Assembly: GCA_964650355.1 (NCBI GenBank) | Contig: CAZYTL010000004.1 | Span: 67,912-131,911 of the forward strand | From: an uncultured Gammaproteobacteria bacterium | Lineage (GTDB): Bacteria > Patescibacteriota > Microgenomatia > CAYXHB01 > CAZYTL01 | DNA: 64,000 bases | Direction of reading: 5' to 3' | In this document: positions 47,901 through 57,945 of the stretch, one piece after another | Numbering within the stretch: the stretch's first letter is position 1 | Layout of the letters: each line of letters opens with the position of its first letter | Notes under the pieces: generated by a model | Databases searched by the model: none | Seen by the model: the letters and a program-made list of their open reading frames with translations, nothing else | Told to the model about the DNA's origin: nothing | Position numbers and translations under genes: made by a program

Positions 47901-48060
47901 ATCCTCCAAAGTCGCTCTTCGAGCCGCCCTTACTAATGAAGAAAGGCTCGAAGGAAGACTCGGAGGATACGTTCATTTTCAATGATAGCACGCAGTCCAC
48001 CGATTTCGCTCTTGAATCCGCCCCTACTAATGAGGAAAGGATTCAAGGAAGATAAGGTGG
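47901..48060 (-). ncRNA. Structured 5' leader of hsp20: two tandem ~65-nt hairpin modules with compensatory substitutions (candidate thermosensor or cis-regulatory RNA)
   Basis: Copy 1 (47901..47968) is TCCTCC...CTCTTCGAGCC-[GCCCTTACTAATGAAGAAAG]-GCTCGAAGGAAG...GGAGGA. Copy 2 (47996..48060) is TCCACC...CTCTTGAATCC-[GCCCCTACTAATGAGGAAAG]-GATTCAAGGAAG...GGTGGA. Both the inner and outer stems covary while the loop is conserved. Confidence 0.5.
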
Positions 48061-48091
48061 ACAAACTGCCTTTATTAAACTTCAAAACATT

Positions 48092-48112
48092 TAGAATTCT
48101 CCGAATTCTAAC
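48092..48112. promoter_or_regulatory. Perfect inverted repeat TTAGAATTC-N3-GAATTCTAA
   Basis: Read directly; lies between the hairpin modules and the CIRCE element. Confidence 0.4.
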
Positions 48113-48157
48113 TAACTTCCAATTTTCAATCTCTTCAATCTCTAATTTTAGACGCCC

Positions 48158-48184
48158 TTAGCACTCTTGTATCATAAGTGCTAA
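48158..48184. promoter_or_regulatory. CIRCE element (HrcA operator) TTAGCACTC-N9-AAGTGCTAA
   Basis: Matches the CIRCE consensus TTAGCACTC-N9-GAGTGCTAA at 17 of 18 arm positions; upstream of hsp20. Confidence 0.7.
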
Positions 48185-48344
48185 CTACTTGTCAAGACCT
48201 TTTCCTTAATTTTTGAACTTACATTAACAGCCTATAGAAGAAAAATGATAACTCCATGAGAAAAATCTCGTTTATATCAACCTCTCTAAATCCACTCAAC
48301 CCATTCCTTACTCTCACTAAAACCTCTGTCACAAATCAATCAAA

Positions 48345-49601
48345 TCAATTCTCTCCACCTCTCCTCCATTCGTAAAACCATCTCCAGACCTTCTCCCACC
48401 AACTATAACTCTCCTTTAATAACTTCACTTCATACTCATCCTTAAACGCGTCAAGCTGCACCGTCTGACTTAAATACCCGTCTGCCGTCACCCCAAACTC
48501 CTGCTCACTGCTCAGCACCGCCAACTTAAACTCCCCGTTACCATCTGTCGTCCCTTGCTTTAACTCCGTAACCACCTGCGCCCCCCCGACCCCCTGCCCC
48601 CACTCATTCACCACCCTGCCACTAATCACCCGCGGCTCATAAAACGACTTCAATACCTGCACTGCCAACTTCGCCTGCCCGTCATCTCTCCACAAAGCCG
48701 TGGATCCGCCCCTGTTCACCCAATAATTCATGCCCATGAATCCGTCTACTCCTGACAAACCCCTCAACGCTTCATTTAACCACCGCCCTTGACTCTCTTC
48801 ACTCAAGTCCCCATGAATATCCTTCACCGGCACCCCGGTTTCCCCTAACAACACCTGGCCCTGGCTGTTCCCGATCAAATCTTCCACATCACTTACCAAC
48901 TTCTCCGGCGTGGCCACATAATGGTCCACCGTCACTACTCCCCCCAACTTTTTCGTCGTTTCTGCGTTCATTATTAACCTGGCCACGTCCCCGTTCATCG
49001 AATACACACTTCTCACCTGCTTGCCTATCTGCTTAAAAGCCAACTGCTCCAGACCATACTCCTCAATCAAAAACGCTCGATGTTCTTTCACGTCTCCGTT
49101 CCACCTGGGGTCACCCGGACCTCCGTTCTCGCATTCCGGACAGCCGTCAAAAATATCCCCGTCCGCAAACAACTCCCCATGCTGCAAAATAAAATCTTTT
49201 GTCTTGCTCAAATGCTCATCCCTATTAATCTTGTCATACCCAAACCAACCCTCCCAGCCTGACCAATTACCCCTAAACCAAACGTTCAGTCCGTAACCTC
49301 GTGCCGTTTGTACCCACAACCGCAAAAACGGCAAAAACTCCTCATCATAAGGCGTGCCAATCGCCACATGAGTGGCTCCCAAATCCGCAATCTCCTTCAC
49401 CTGATCATCAATCACCTGCGCAAATTCTTCGTCATTCAGCTTCTCCCGCGCCACATCCCGCGAATACTTCATCGTGTCCACCGCCTGCACTGGCCACCAC
49501 TGAACCCTCTTCTCTTCCGCCCGCACCTTCATACCACTACCCCACTCCCATCCCATCAAAGCCAAAAACACCGCCGAAATAACCAATATATTCACTTTCA
49601 T
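48345..49601 (-). CDS. Secreted TIM-barrel glycosyl-hydrolase-like protein with C-terminal beta-sandwich (CarboxypepD_reg-like) domain
   Basis: Signal peptide; the C-terminal GRVVNEWGQGVGGAQVVT...DGNGEFKL resembles a carboxypeptidase-regulatory-like domain. The catalytic assignment is weak. Confidence 0.45.
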   Translation of the reverse strand: MKVNILVISAVFLALMGWEWGSGMKVRAEEKRVQWWPVQAVDTMKYSRDVAREKLNDEEFAQVIDDQVKEIADLGATHVAIGTPYDEEFLPFLRLWVQTARGYGLNVWFRGNWSGWEGWFGYDKINRDEHLSKTKDFILQHGELFADGDIFDGCPECENGGPGDPRWNGDVKEHRAFLIEEYGLEQLAFKQIGKQVRSVYSMNGDVARLIMNAETTKKLGGVVTVDHYVATPEKLVSDVEDLIGNSQGQVLLGETGVPVKDIHGDLSEESQGRWLNEALRGLSGVDGFMGMNYWVNRGGSTALWRDDGQAKLAVQVLKSFYEPRVISGRVVNEWGQGVGGAQVVTELKQGTTDGNGEFKLAVLSSEQEFGVTADGYLSQTVQLDAFKDEYEVKLLKESYSWWEKVWRWFYEWRRGGEN

Positions 49602-49726
49602 AAATCGTTTGAACTTTAATTACCGTCATATTTTACTATACTTTAGGCAAAATTGCCCCAAAACAATACTTTTCGCTTCCCAAATTTTAATTAGCACCCC
49701 CAAGAGATAACACAAATAAAATTTAG

Positions 49727-51421
49727 TTACGTCTCCGTCCTCCTGAAAATCAAAATCTCCTTCGAGGTGTAGACCTTCTCAAAATGAGCATATAACCGCC
49801 CCCGCTTATCCTCAGGCGCATACAACTGATCCCACACCTCATCATCCTTCTGAATAATAATCCACCGTGCATACTTTTCCGGCTCTTCCAAAGATTCCTC
49901 CCAATAAGGCCTAGTACCAACGTAAATCACATTTTGCATCGGAATTCCGCTTCTTATAATACTTAACAATCTTGAATAATCGTCAATCAACACCAGCCCG
50001 TTATCATAATGCTGCGCCAGCCAAACTTCGGCATCCAATCGGTACGCAGTTGATAAGCCTCTTACCCCGTCTTCCATTGCCAAATTTCTGCTATACCCGA
50101 TTAAAAACAAACCGGATTGTAACACCAGGCTCGCAATTATTACCAGTTTGCCTACTGATTTACTTTTGGCAAACAGCATCCCCACGAATACCGCTACCGT
50201 CGGCACCATCATCAATCCGTATCTCACGTTAAACAAAGTCCACTCAAAACTCGTCGGCGTCAAATGAGGAATAAAAATAATCGATTGGCCCATATACAAA
50301 GTCACCACATAAAACACAAACGGCACCATCAACAACCCCACAATCAACCCTCTCCTGTATAAACCACTACTGATTAATTGGCGGACATTAGCCTTCACTT
50401 CAGACCACCATCTTCCCATCTTCAGCACTGGCTTTAAATATCCCGTCAGACCAATCACGAACATCACCAGAGTTACCGGCCCCACAGCATTCATGGTAGT
50501 CACCAGATAATAAAGAAACGATAACCCCATATTTTGATAAGCCGGCAGTTGTCCTTTAGCCAACCACCCCTGTTGCTGCGACTTGGCTGAAAATTGACTG
50601 TTAGTAAAATACAGCGGATCACCCAATATCAGCCACGCCCATAACAGCCACAACCCTATTCCTAAAAAGGCCATCGTGGAATATAAAATCACCTTACCTT
50701 CCATTTCTCGCCAGTATTTCCTTCCCCTCACTAAATAAAAAACAGTTAATATCGCTGCTTCCGCCAACACCAACAGCCAACCATCATACCTGGATAACGT
50801 GGCACAAAATCCGAAAAAAGCCGCAAACAGCAAATTCATCAACCGTGAGTACTCTCCATCCGATTTAGCCCCACTGCCAAAATCGCCTCTTTGACCGTCC
50901 GTCAATAAATACTTAATGAAAAAATAACTAGAAAGCGTAAAAAATCCAATCAATGGCAACTCAGTCATCGGCGTGCTTTGCATGTACAAGATCCCTGGAT
51001 TCAAACTAAAAACCAGCCAAGCCAACACCCCTGCCCATCTCTGCTGAGTTAACAACTTGGTCAGCTTATAAATAAACACAGAGCTAATCACATAAAAAGC
51101 TCCTGAAATAATTGCCCCTGCCAAACCAGTCCGCCACATCCAGTCACTCCATATCAACGGCAACATCAATACATGAGGCAGTGGTAACCAAATACCACCC
51201 AATTGCGCCATCCCGGGCGTTAAACTATCCACTACCCGCTTACTAATATTCAAATGACTCTCTGCATCACCGTACACCACAATCACGTCATTGTGTAACG
51301 CCAGCCCGATTCTCATCATGCTTAACACCGTAGACACCAGTAACACGATTTTCTCCCACGACCATCCCGCGGCCTTTTGTCGGATTTGATCTATCTGGTG
51401 TCTATCAAAAGCAATTGTCAT
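49727..51421 (-). CDS. Polytopic membrane protein, GT-C-fold glycosyltransferase-like (ArnT/PMT family-like)
   Basis: 564 aa, more than 10 TM helices, large loop regions. Family assignment by architecture only. Confidence 0.5.
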   Translation of the reverse strand: MTIAFDRHQIDQIRQKAAGWSWEKIVLLVSTVLSMMRIGLALHNDVIVVYGDAESHLNISKRVVDSLTPGMAQLGGIWLPLPHVLMLPLIWSDWMWRTGLAGAIISGAFYVISSVFIYKLTKLLTQQRWAGVLAWLVFSLNPGILYMQSTPMTELPLIGFFTLSSYFFIKYLLTDGQRGDFGSGAKSDGEYSRLMNLLFAAFFGFCATLSRYDGWLLVLAEAAILTVFYLVRGRKYWREMEGKVILYSTMAFLGIGLWLLWAWLILGDPLYFTNSQFSAKSQQQGWLAKGQLPAYQNMGLSFLYYLVTTMNAVGPVTLVMFVIGLTGYLKPVLKMGRWWSEVKANVRQLISSGLYRRGLIVGLLMVPFVFYVVTLYMGQSIIFIPHLTPTSFEWTLFNVRYGLMMVPTVAVFVGMLFAKSKSVGKLVIIASLVLQSGLFLIGYSRNLAMEDGVRGLSTAYRLDAEVWLAQHYDNGLVLIDDYSRLLSIIRSGIPMQNVIYVGTRPYWEESLEEPEKYARWIIIQKDDEVWDQLYAPEDKRGRLYAHFEKVYTSKEILIFRRTET

Positions 51422-51436
51422 AATCTTTCTTTAAGC

Positions 51437-52990
51437 TCACTTTCCCCTATTCTTGAGCGTCTTTGGCCGTTGCTCAAACATCGGCCCTATAAATAAAACC
51501 ACTCCCATCACTAACAAAACCAAGCTTAAAATTACCGCATAATATTCGCCCAAAGAATATCTGCCCCTTAACCATTGGTTAAACACGAAATTTCCGGTTA
51601 TCGACTGACTAAAAAATACCCGACTGGCTTCCAATCCGTATTTCACTTTCCAATAATCTGCTTCTACCTTGGGAGGCACTGCATTAGTGGTCAACACCCC
51701 CAATAAAGCCACCACACAAGAGTAAAATAACAGCAAAAAGGCTGCCAGCAAATAATAAATTTTTCTCCTGTATTCTGCTATCCATTTGGCTGAAAATAAT
51801 GCCAAAATCGCCATTGAAGGAATCAAATACCTTGGTCCGAATGCCCATCCTCCCCAGGGATCGCCAAAACTCGCGTACACAAATAAGTTAATTCCTGCCA
51901 GACCCATTAAAGTTCCGGCCGCTAAACCCATCCCTCCATTAATCACCAACCACATTCCCCAAATGGCCAAAATAAATATCGGGGCATAAACAAACAGGCC
52001 CTTGTCAGGCGCAAACAATAATACATATAAACCGTGTGGCAACCTTTCTTCCTTAAATAGACTGCTCACCCCTTCTTTATGAGCCATAATCTCCGATTGC
52101 TCTTCCTTGGTGGTTTCCAACACCGCTGCTGACTTTGCCGCCCCCTCATACCTCACTAACGTATTACTCAACGTTCTCCAGCTACCATAATTCACATAAT
52201 TATAATAAGCATGCACTCCGGAAAGCACCATAAACACCAAGGCTGTCACCACCACGCTGGCCCGGAAATTTAGTTTAATTTTTTCCTTCGTAGCATGAAC
52301 ATTTCCTGCCACTAACATTAAATAAACTATATTAGGGACCAATAAAATCACATTTGGATAATCAACAAAGATCGCCAAGGCATAACCTAACCATACCGAT
52401 GCCGCCCACATCCAACTGAACCTTCCCTGCTGGCTGTACTTATACACCGACCAAAACCCCGCCAACATCAAAAACACCGAGATCGCGTGCTGGTAAATGG
52501 TTACCGAGTAACTCCAAGCTGGACTCGCAAAAGCATAAATCAATGCTGCCAATAGAGCTGCCCAATTCGGCAACTTTAATATCTGTCTCGCGATTAAAAA
52601 CAACAACACCATACCTCCAATATTAAATATCGGAATCGTGGCATAAGCAGCCAACTGGCCCCAGCCATATTTACTCCCCAACAAATACAACGGCTCAATC
52701 AACAGCGGTACCCCAGGTGGAAAAAAACTATAAAACTTGCCGTCCAAATACCCCACATCTGGCGCTGCCACCTCCGCCCAACCGGGAGACAAAGCAAACG
52801 AATGATCATCCACCAACGACATCAACAGCGCATATGGAGATCGCTCATGAGAAGATTCAAAGGGCGAACCTGTCCTGGTCAACTTCTGCACGGCTCTCAT
52901 ATCAGGATTGCCAGGCACTCCCCGCAAAGTCAACGCATGGAAGAATATCCCGACTACGACGATAATTAAAATGTATAAAAGATTCTTCAT
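51437..52990 (-). CDS. Polytopic membrane protein, GT-C-fold glycosyltransferase-like (ArnT/PMT family-like)
   Basis: 517 aa, more than 10 TM helices; paralogous architecture to the preceding gene. Confidence 0.5.
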   Translation of the reverse strand: MKNLLYILIIVVVGIFFHALTLRGVPGNPDMRAVQKLTRTGSPFESSHERSPYALLMSLVDDHSFALSPGWAEVAAPDVGYLDGKFYSFFPPGVPLLIEPLYLLGSKYGWGQLAAYATIPIFNIGGMVLLFLIARQILKLPNWAALLAALIYAFASPAWSYSVTIYQHAISVFLMLAGFWSVYKYSQQGRFSWMWAASVWLGYALAIFVDYPNVILLVPNIVYLMLVAGNVHATKEKIKLNFRASVVVTALVFMVLSGVHAYYNYVNYGSWRTLSNTLVRYEGAAKSAAVLETTKEEQSEIMAHKEGVSSLFKEERLPHGLYVLLFAPDKGLFVYAPIFILAIWGMWLVINGGMGLAAGTLMGLAGINLFVYASFGDPWGGWAFGPRYLIPSMAILALFSAKWIAEYRRKIYYLLAAFLLLFYSCVVALLGVLTTNAVPPKVEADYWKVKYGLEASRVFFSQSITGNFVFNQWLRGRYSLGEYYAVILSLVLLVMGVVLFIGPMFEQRPKTLKNRGK

Positions 52991-53007
52991 ATCTTTCTGC
53001 TTACCCT

Positions 53008-55200
53008 CTAAGAGCTTTGAGTTAACATCTCTGGACCTTCCACCGTCATTGGTGTCCAGTCGCCTACTATTAACTTTTGATGTTTGATCTTAGATATTAG
53101 ATCTCTGTACCACTCATCCATCCTTCCCGCCACTTCCCTCCAGGAATTCTGTAGCCCTTCCTCCCGATTCCTCTCTTCGATTTGCTTTACCTTCCTGCTC
53201 TGCTTATTTGCCAACACATAATTGATCTTCTCGGCCAAGGTTTTATCATCTCGGGTTTGAACACAAAACCCATTTACTTCGTGTTTGATTAACAACGGCA
53301 GGGCCGTATTATTGGCTACAATGCACACCAGCCCCTGACTCATCCCCTCATGCACCACATTACAAAAACTCTCCCACAACGCCATATGCACCATCATCTG
53401 ACTGTGTTTAAGAGCGTAATATTTATCAATCCCTCGGATCACTCCCGGAAATACCACCCGATTTTCTACCCCCAATTCCTTAGCCAGTTTCTTTAAATAA
53501 TCAAAGTATCCGGCGTGCTGGTTCTTTTCCACCGGACCGATCGCCACATACTTAACCTCTTTTGGCACATCAACTAAGGCCTTAATCACCGTCTCCAAGT
53601 TCTTAATCGGATAAATCCTTCCTATCTGAATCAGATACTTTCCCCAATCTTTAACCTGACTTTTAATCTCCTTGCTGGCCAGTTTATCAGCCTCCATGTA
53701 AGCTTCGTCATCCAAACCATTGGCAATCACCTCAATCAAATCCTCTCTGACCCCGTGCTTCAACATCTCCTGCTTTTCCCATTCCGATACTGCTCGTACT
53801 CCGTCAACTACTGCATTTATCATCCAGGTGCCCAAGGAATAATGATAAACCTGTTTTCCCCATCTCTGCCACCAGGGAAATACCGCCCATTCAGGATTAA
53901 ATCCTCCATGCGGAGTCAATATTACCGCATACCCCTTCCTTCCTAATAACTTATCCACCCCTGCCTTTAACAAGATATGCAAATGTGGGAATACATTAAA
54001 ATTATGCAACGCCACCACCGCAGTCCTCTGCCAATCAATTTGAGGGAAAAACCCATATCCGGGATGATATCCGTACCGTTTTACATTCATCCCCGAAATC
54101 GTCTCCTCATCCCCTAACGCCTGCTTTTCAGTCAACGTATCTTTTGATGTATGTATCTGAACATCCCACCCCTTCTCAGCCTGCCTCGCCTGACGGCTGT
54201 CAAAGCGGGCTAACACTTTATAAGTCTGCAAAATGTTTACCTCAATCCCAGCCGTCACCGGATAAAAGTACTTGGTGACGAGGTCGACGCGCATACCAGA
54301 ATGTTCATCGCTCACATCTTTCACAGGTTTTCGCAAACTAGACCAAACAGGCAGAACTAACAAAGAGATGCGTTTCCAAATCTTCTTAAATGACCTTAAT
54401 AACTTCTTAATTAATCCTCTTACTTGCACCACCGACGGACTCACCATTGCCCTTACTTCAGCCAAACTATGCGTTCCGTTAACCCCGATTCTGGATACCC
54501 GTAACCTGTCTGTCAGCGGTTTAATCAACTCATCATCCATACTCAACCCCAGATCAAAACCGGCGTTCTTCACCATCTCCCAAACTTTTCCATCGTACGC
54601 CCCCTTGGGATAAGCAAAATACCTAATCTTTATACCTAAATCCTGCTCTAACTTCTTTTTCGCTTCGACTATTTCTTTCTCTATCTGGGTTGCATCCAGC
54701 TTCTCAAAATCCGCATGCGTCATACTGTGGCACCCCACTTCCCAACCCACCTTTACCAACTGCTTAATTTCCCGTTTGCTCAGTAGTTGATTATTATTGG
54801 CTAATTCTTCCCGGTTAGCTTTTGAAGGATCAGCCAACAAGTTAATACAAGGTTTGATCCCTTTCTTCTTCAACCAGTCCTTCACCTCTAACACACTGGC
54901 ATAGCCGTCATCAAAAGTGACCGCGGCCACCGGCTTGTTAAATGTCCTCTTCCCTTTAATAAACTCCTCAATCTCCTTCAACCTCACAAATTCACAATCT
55001 CGGCTTAACAGTTTCATTTGCTGCTTAAAAGCCTTCTCGTTCACATTCAGCCACCAGTCATTCCCGATCCCGTGATAGACCAACACCACCACCTGATTCT
55101 TCCTTCCCAGCATTTGATCCGCTGACCACAGGATCACATAAACCAGCCTCCTCAACCAGGAAAATAATTTGAATGGTAATCGTGAAATAAAATTCTTCAT
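53008..55200 (-). CDS. Fusion protein: polysaccharide deacetylase (NodB homology) domain plus GT4 (group 1) glycosyltransferase domain
   Basis: N-terminal VVLVYHGIG...FDDGY...HSMTHADF (NodB motifs); C-terminal GT-B region with EGMSQGLVCIVANN (an E-x7-E-like motif). Confidence 0.7.
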   Translation of the reverse strand: MKNFISRLPFKLFSWLRRLVYVILWSADQMLGRKNQVVVLVYHGIGNDWWLNVNEKAFKQQMKLLSRDCEFVRLKEIEEFIKGKRTFNKPVAAVTFDDGYASVLEVKDWLKKKGIKPCINLLADPSKANREELANNNQLLSKREIKQLVKVGWEVGCHSMTHADFEKLDATQIEKEIVEAKKKLEQDLGIKIRYFAYPKGAYDGKVWEMVKNAGFDLGLSMDDELIKPLTDRLRVSRIGVNGTHSLAEVRAMVSPSVVQVRGLIKKLLRSFKKIWKRISLLVLPVWSSLRKPVKDVSDEHSGMRVDLVTKYFYPVTAGIEVNILQTYKVLARFDSRQARQAEKGWDVQIHTSKDTLTEKQALGDEETISGMNVKRYGYHPGYGFFPQIDWQRTAVVALHNFNVFPHLHILLKAGVDKLLGRKGYAVILTPHGGFNPEWAVFPWWQRWGKQVYHYSLGTWMINAVVDGVRAVSEWEKQEMLKHGVREDLIEVIANGLDDEAYMEADKLASKEIKSQVKDWGKYLIQIGRIYPIKNLETVIKALVDVPKEVKYVAIGPVEKNQHAGYFDYLKKLAKELGVENRVVFPGVIRGIDKYYALKHSQMMVHMALWESFCNVVHEGMSQGLVCIVANNTALPLLIKHEVNGFCVQTRDDKTLAEKINYVLANKQSRKVKQIEERNREEGLQNSWREVAGRMDEWYRDLISKIKHQKLIVGDWTPMTVEGPEMLTQSS
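53076..53103. repeat. Heptanucleotide tandem repeat (TTTGATG, TTTGATC, TTAGATA, TTAGATC) in the 3' coding region of the deacetylase-GT4 fusion
   Basis: Read directly; encodes DLISKIKHQK. Confidence 0.7.
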
Positions 55201-55210
55201 ATTCTACAAA

Positions 55211-56128
55211 CTAAGTTTTTATTAACCTTGTAGTGCTCATCGACCTTTCCCAGGGACCGTTAATCGGTTTAGCCCACAACGATCGTACCGAGGTCAGCAA
55301 GTTCAAACCCAAATAAACCACCATATAAAAAGGAGTTCTCAACATAAATATCAAACCTCTTAACATACTCATCGGCCAAATTATCGGCAACCAATATTCT
55401 TTAATCACCCTCCCTGCTCCGAACTCGCTTTTGTATAAGTATTTAGACCGATGGTAACGGTTACTCTGTTTTTGATGATCACTCATCGTCTCCGGCAGCT
55501 TGATCTTTAATACTGCCCTTGGCGCGTATTCGTATTTAAATCCCTTAGACACGGTAAATAAGTACGAGTAGGCATCCTCCCCCTCCTTATCCGGAAACCG
55601 CAACCCAGAATACAACCTTCTGGAAAGCGCTCTTGCTGCCCCGTGGACCGTATAAACATTCCTCCCCTGTCTAAATTGTTCAAACACAAAATTCTTCAAA
55701 ATCAAACTCTCCACCAGCACTTTCTCCAAAAAGGTTCTTGGTTCCACCCCTACCATCCGTCCAGATGTTAAGTCAACTCTTCTGTTAACAATCGACTCCA
55801 CCAGCTTGCTGATAAACCTATCATCCTCTATCAAAATATCCGCATTCAGCAATACCAAAATATCCGTCTCCGTCAAACTGATCATCTGATTCTGTCTGAA
55901 AGACAAACCCTTATTTACTCGATCATCGATCACCTCAATCTTTTTACTTCTCACTTTCCTGGCCACCTCCACAGTCCGGTCCTCGCTCCCGTCGGAAACC
56001 ACCAGAATTTTTTCCACCACGAATCCCTCGGCTCTTTGCTTTAATAAACTCTCGAGCAAGTATCCGATATTGGCCTCTTCGTTAAAGGCCGAAATCCCGA
56101 TGGTGACAGTTGGTTTATTTTTAGACAT
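55211..56128 (-). CDS. Family 2 glycosyltransferase
   Basis: TIGISAFNEEANIGYLLESL; a D-rich VVSDGSED motif typical of GT2. Confidence 0.8.
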   Translation of the reverse strand: MSKNKPTVTIGISAFNEEANIGYLLESLLKQRAEGFVVEKILVVSDGSEDRTVEVARKVRSKKIEVIDDRVNKGLSFRQNQMISLTETDILVLLNADILIEDDRFISKLVESIVNRRVDLTSGRMVGVEPRTFLEKVLVESLILKNFVFEQFRQGRNVYTVHGAARALSRRLYSGLRFPDKEGEDAYSYLFTVSKGFKYEYAPRAVLKIKLPETMSDHQKQSNRYHRSKYLYKSEFGAGRVIKEYWLPIIWPMSMLRGLIFMLRTPFYMVVYLGLNLLTSVRSLWAKPINGPWERSMSTTRLIKT

Positions 56129-56162
56129 AGTTATACTTTTATTCGAGGCATAATGATCCTAA

Positions 56163-57941
56163 TTATTTAAACTTTTCGCTTCTTAATACATAAAAATGGA
56201 AAAACGTAAACTCCGGCATTCGATAATCATTCACAATCTCAAAACCTGCCTTCTTAATCGACTCCCGCCATCTTTTTTCAGGAAAACCGGCCGCTTCCAA
56301 CTCCCAGTAATGATTACCCGGCCGTAGATGCTTTCTGGGGCTCGGAAAAGTAAATCCCCACTTCCAGGTAGGCAAAAACCACAATTTCACCCTTACCAAA
56401 AAATTTATTCCTTTATGTGGTACCGAAATCACTGCGTATTTGGCTCTTCTGGCCATCTCTGCCAGAGCTTTCTCCGAATCACCATATTCAATATGCTCCA
56501 AAGTCTGACAGCACAAAATACAATCGAACTTCTTCGGCTTATCCACCGGAATCTCCGGTAATGCCCCCACATAGTCCGGATTCAACTCCGGGTCAATATC
56601 CATGGTCACCACTTTCATCCCTTGACTCTGTAGCACACTCGCCACGCTCTTGTCCGCTGGCCCAATCTCCAACACCGAAATCGCCTTCTTTCCTAGTCTT
56701 TGAGCCACCTCTTGGACCAACTGTATCTGGTGGTAATAGGCAGTCCACCTCTCCTCATGTACATACCGGTCAAACCCAAAATAATCCTTATTCTCCTGCT
56801 TCTGATATTTGGCTTTGCTCTCTTCGTCGTCTTCACTTGACACGACTGATAAACTTTTCAAATCCGTCGTGTCATCCCGCACAGACTTGAAACCAGGTGA
56901 GGTTTCAACCTGTTGCGGGATCTTCCCCTCACCTTCAGACCCTCCTGCTGATCTCGCCGCTACTTCCTCTGAGTTAAGCCCTCCTACCTCCTCCTTATTA
57001 GAAATCTTAATCTTCTCTTTATCATCATCTGCCAACACCTTTGACGATTCGGCCATCTCCCACTTCGCCGTCATCTTACTTTCGTTTTTACGAGCCTTCC
57101 AGGCGCAATACTGATTCACCGCAAAAATATAACTACAGGCAATCGGGTCTTTAATAAATTGAACAACTAAGTTCTTCACAAACAAACCTCGGGGAATAGC
57201 TCTCTCCTTCTCCACCAATTCTTTAGGAAAATATTTGCTCATCCTCACCGGTGAAGCCTTAAACCTGCTCATCTGTCTGATGTGATCCCTTAAAGTCTGG
57301 GGAGACCTGAACCAGACTATCGCGCTGGGTACGTGCTTAAATTTATAACCCTTTTCCAAACAAACAAAATAGGTATAAGTATCATTACAAATCATGTCCT
57401 CGGGTACATGAATCTTCTTTGTCAACTCCCTCCGATAAGCCAAAATCCTCCCATCAGCCGCCATCACATTGTTTCCTCCTTTAACTTTGGCTCTGAAATC
57501 TAAATATGCCTCTACAGTTCTATTCACTGCCCGTTCAGTAAAAGTAGTAGCCGCCAATGGCCTGGGATTACCTCCGCACATCCCCACTTTCGGATCCTTT
57601 ATCAGAGGTTGAATCATATCCCTGACCACATACTCATGACTGAAAATTACGTCCGCATCAGTCTGTACCAAAAAATCCGTATCTAACTTCTGATAAATTT
57701 GATTTAACCGACTTGACTTACCCAAGCGCTTCCGGTCATCAAACACTTTCACCTTACGTGATTTAAAAGCCTTCACCACCTTCACTGTCTCATCGTCAGA
57801 TCCGTCATTAAACACCCAAATTTGCTTCAACTTAAACCCTTCCTCTTTCTGGTCCAACACAGACTCCAGCCACTTACCAATGTTCTTTTCTTCATTGTAA
57901 GCGCTCACTGCAATGGTCACGGTTGGTAGTCGTTTCTTCAT
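56163..57941 (-). CDS. Fusion protein: GT2 glycosyltransferase plus class I SAM-dependent methyltransferase
   Basis: N-terminal TIAVSAYNEEKNIGKWLESV, VFNDGSDD (GT2); C-terminal VLEIGPADKS...VVTMDIDPE...ILCCQTLEHI (methyltransferase motifs I and post-I). Confidence 0.7.
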   Translation of the reverse strand: MKKRLPTVTIAVSAYNEEKNIGKWLESVLDQKEEGFKLKQIWVFNDGSDDETVKVVKAFKSRKVKVFDDRKRLGKSSRLNQIYQKLDTDFLVQTDADVIFSHEYVVRDMIQPLIKDPKVGMCGGNPRPLAATTFTERAVNRTVEAYLDFRAKVKGGNNVMAADGRILAYRRELTKKIHVPEDMICNDTYTYFVCLEKGYKFKHVPSAIVWFRSPQTLRDHIRQMSRFKASPVRMSKYFPKELVEKERAIPRGLFVKNLVVQFIKDPIACSYIFAVNQYCAWKARKNESKMTAKWEMAESSKVLADDDKEKIKISNKEEVGGLNSEEVAARSAGGSEGEGKIPQQVETSPGFKSVRDDTTDLKSLSVVSSEDDEESKAKYQKQENKDYFGFDRYVHEERWTAYYHQIQLVQEVAQRLGKKAISVLEIGPADKSVASVLQSQGMKVVTMDIDPELNPDYVGALPEIPVDKPKKFDCILCCQTLEHIEYGDSEKALAEMARRAKYAVISVPHKGINFLVRVKLWFLPTWKWGFTFPSPRKHLRPGNHYWELEAAGFPEKRWRESIKKAGFEIVNDYRMPEFTFFHFYVLRSEKFK

Positions 57942-57945
57942 AAAT

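Noticed and set aside
47853-47909. Longer Hsp20 start (MEDRILLYFKRYAKGGEII...) given by the ORF track
   Set aside because: The extension reads through the perfect SD AAAGGAGGTGA and into the upstream hairpin. The conserved Hsp20 N-terminus MAIVRWDP begins at the internal ATG (47852), which has ideal SD spacing.
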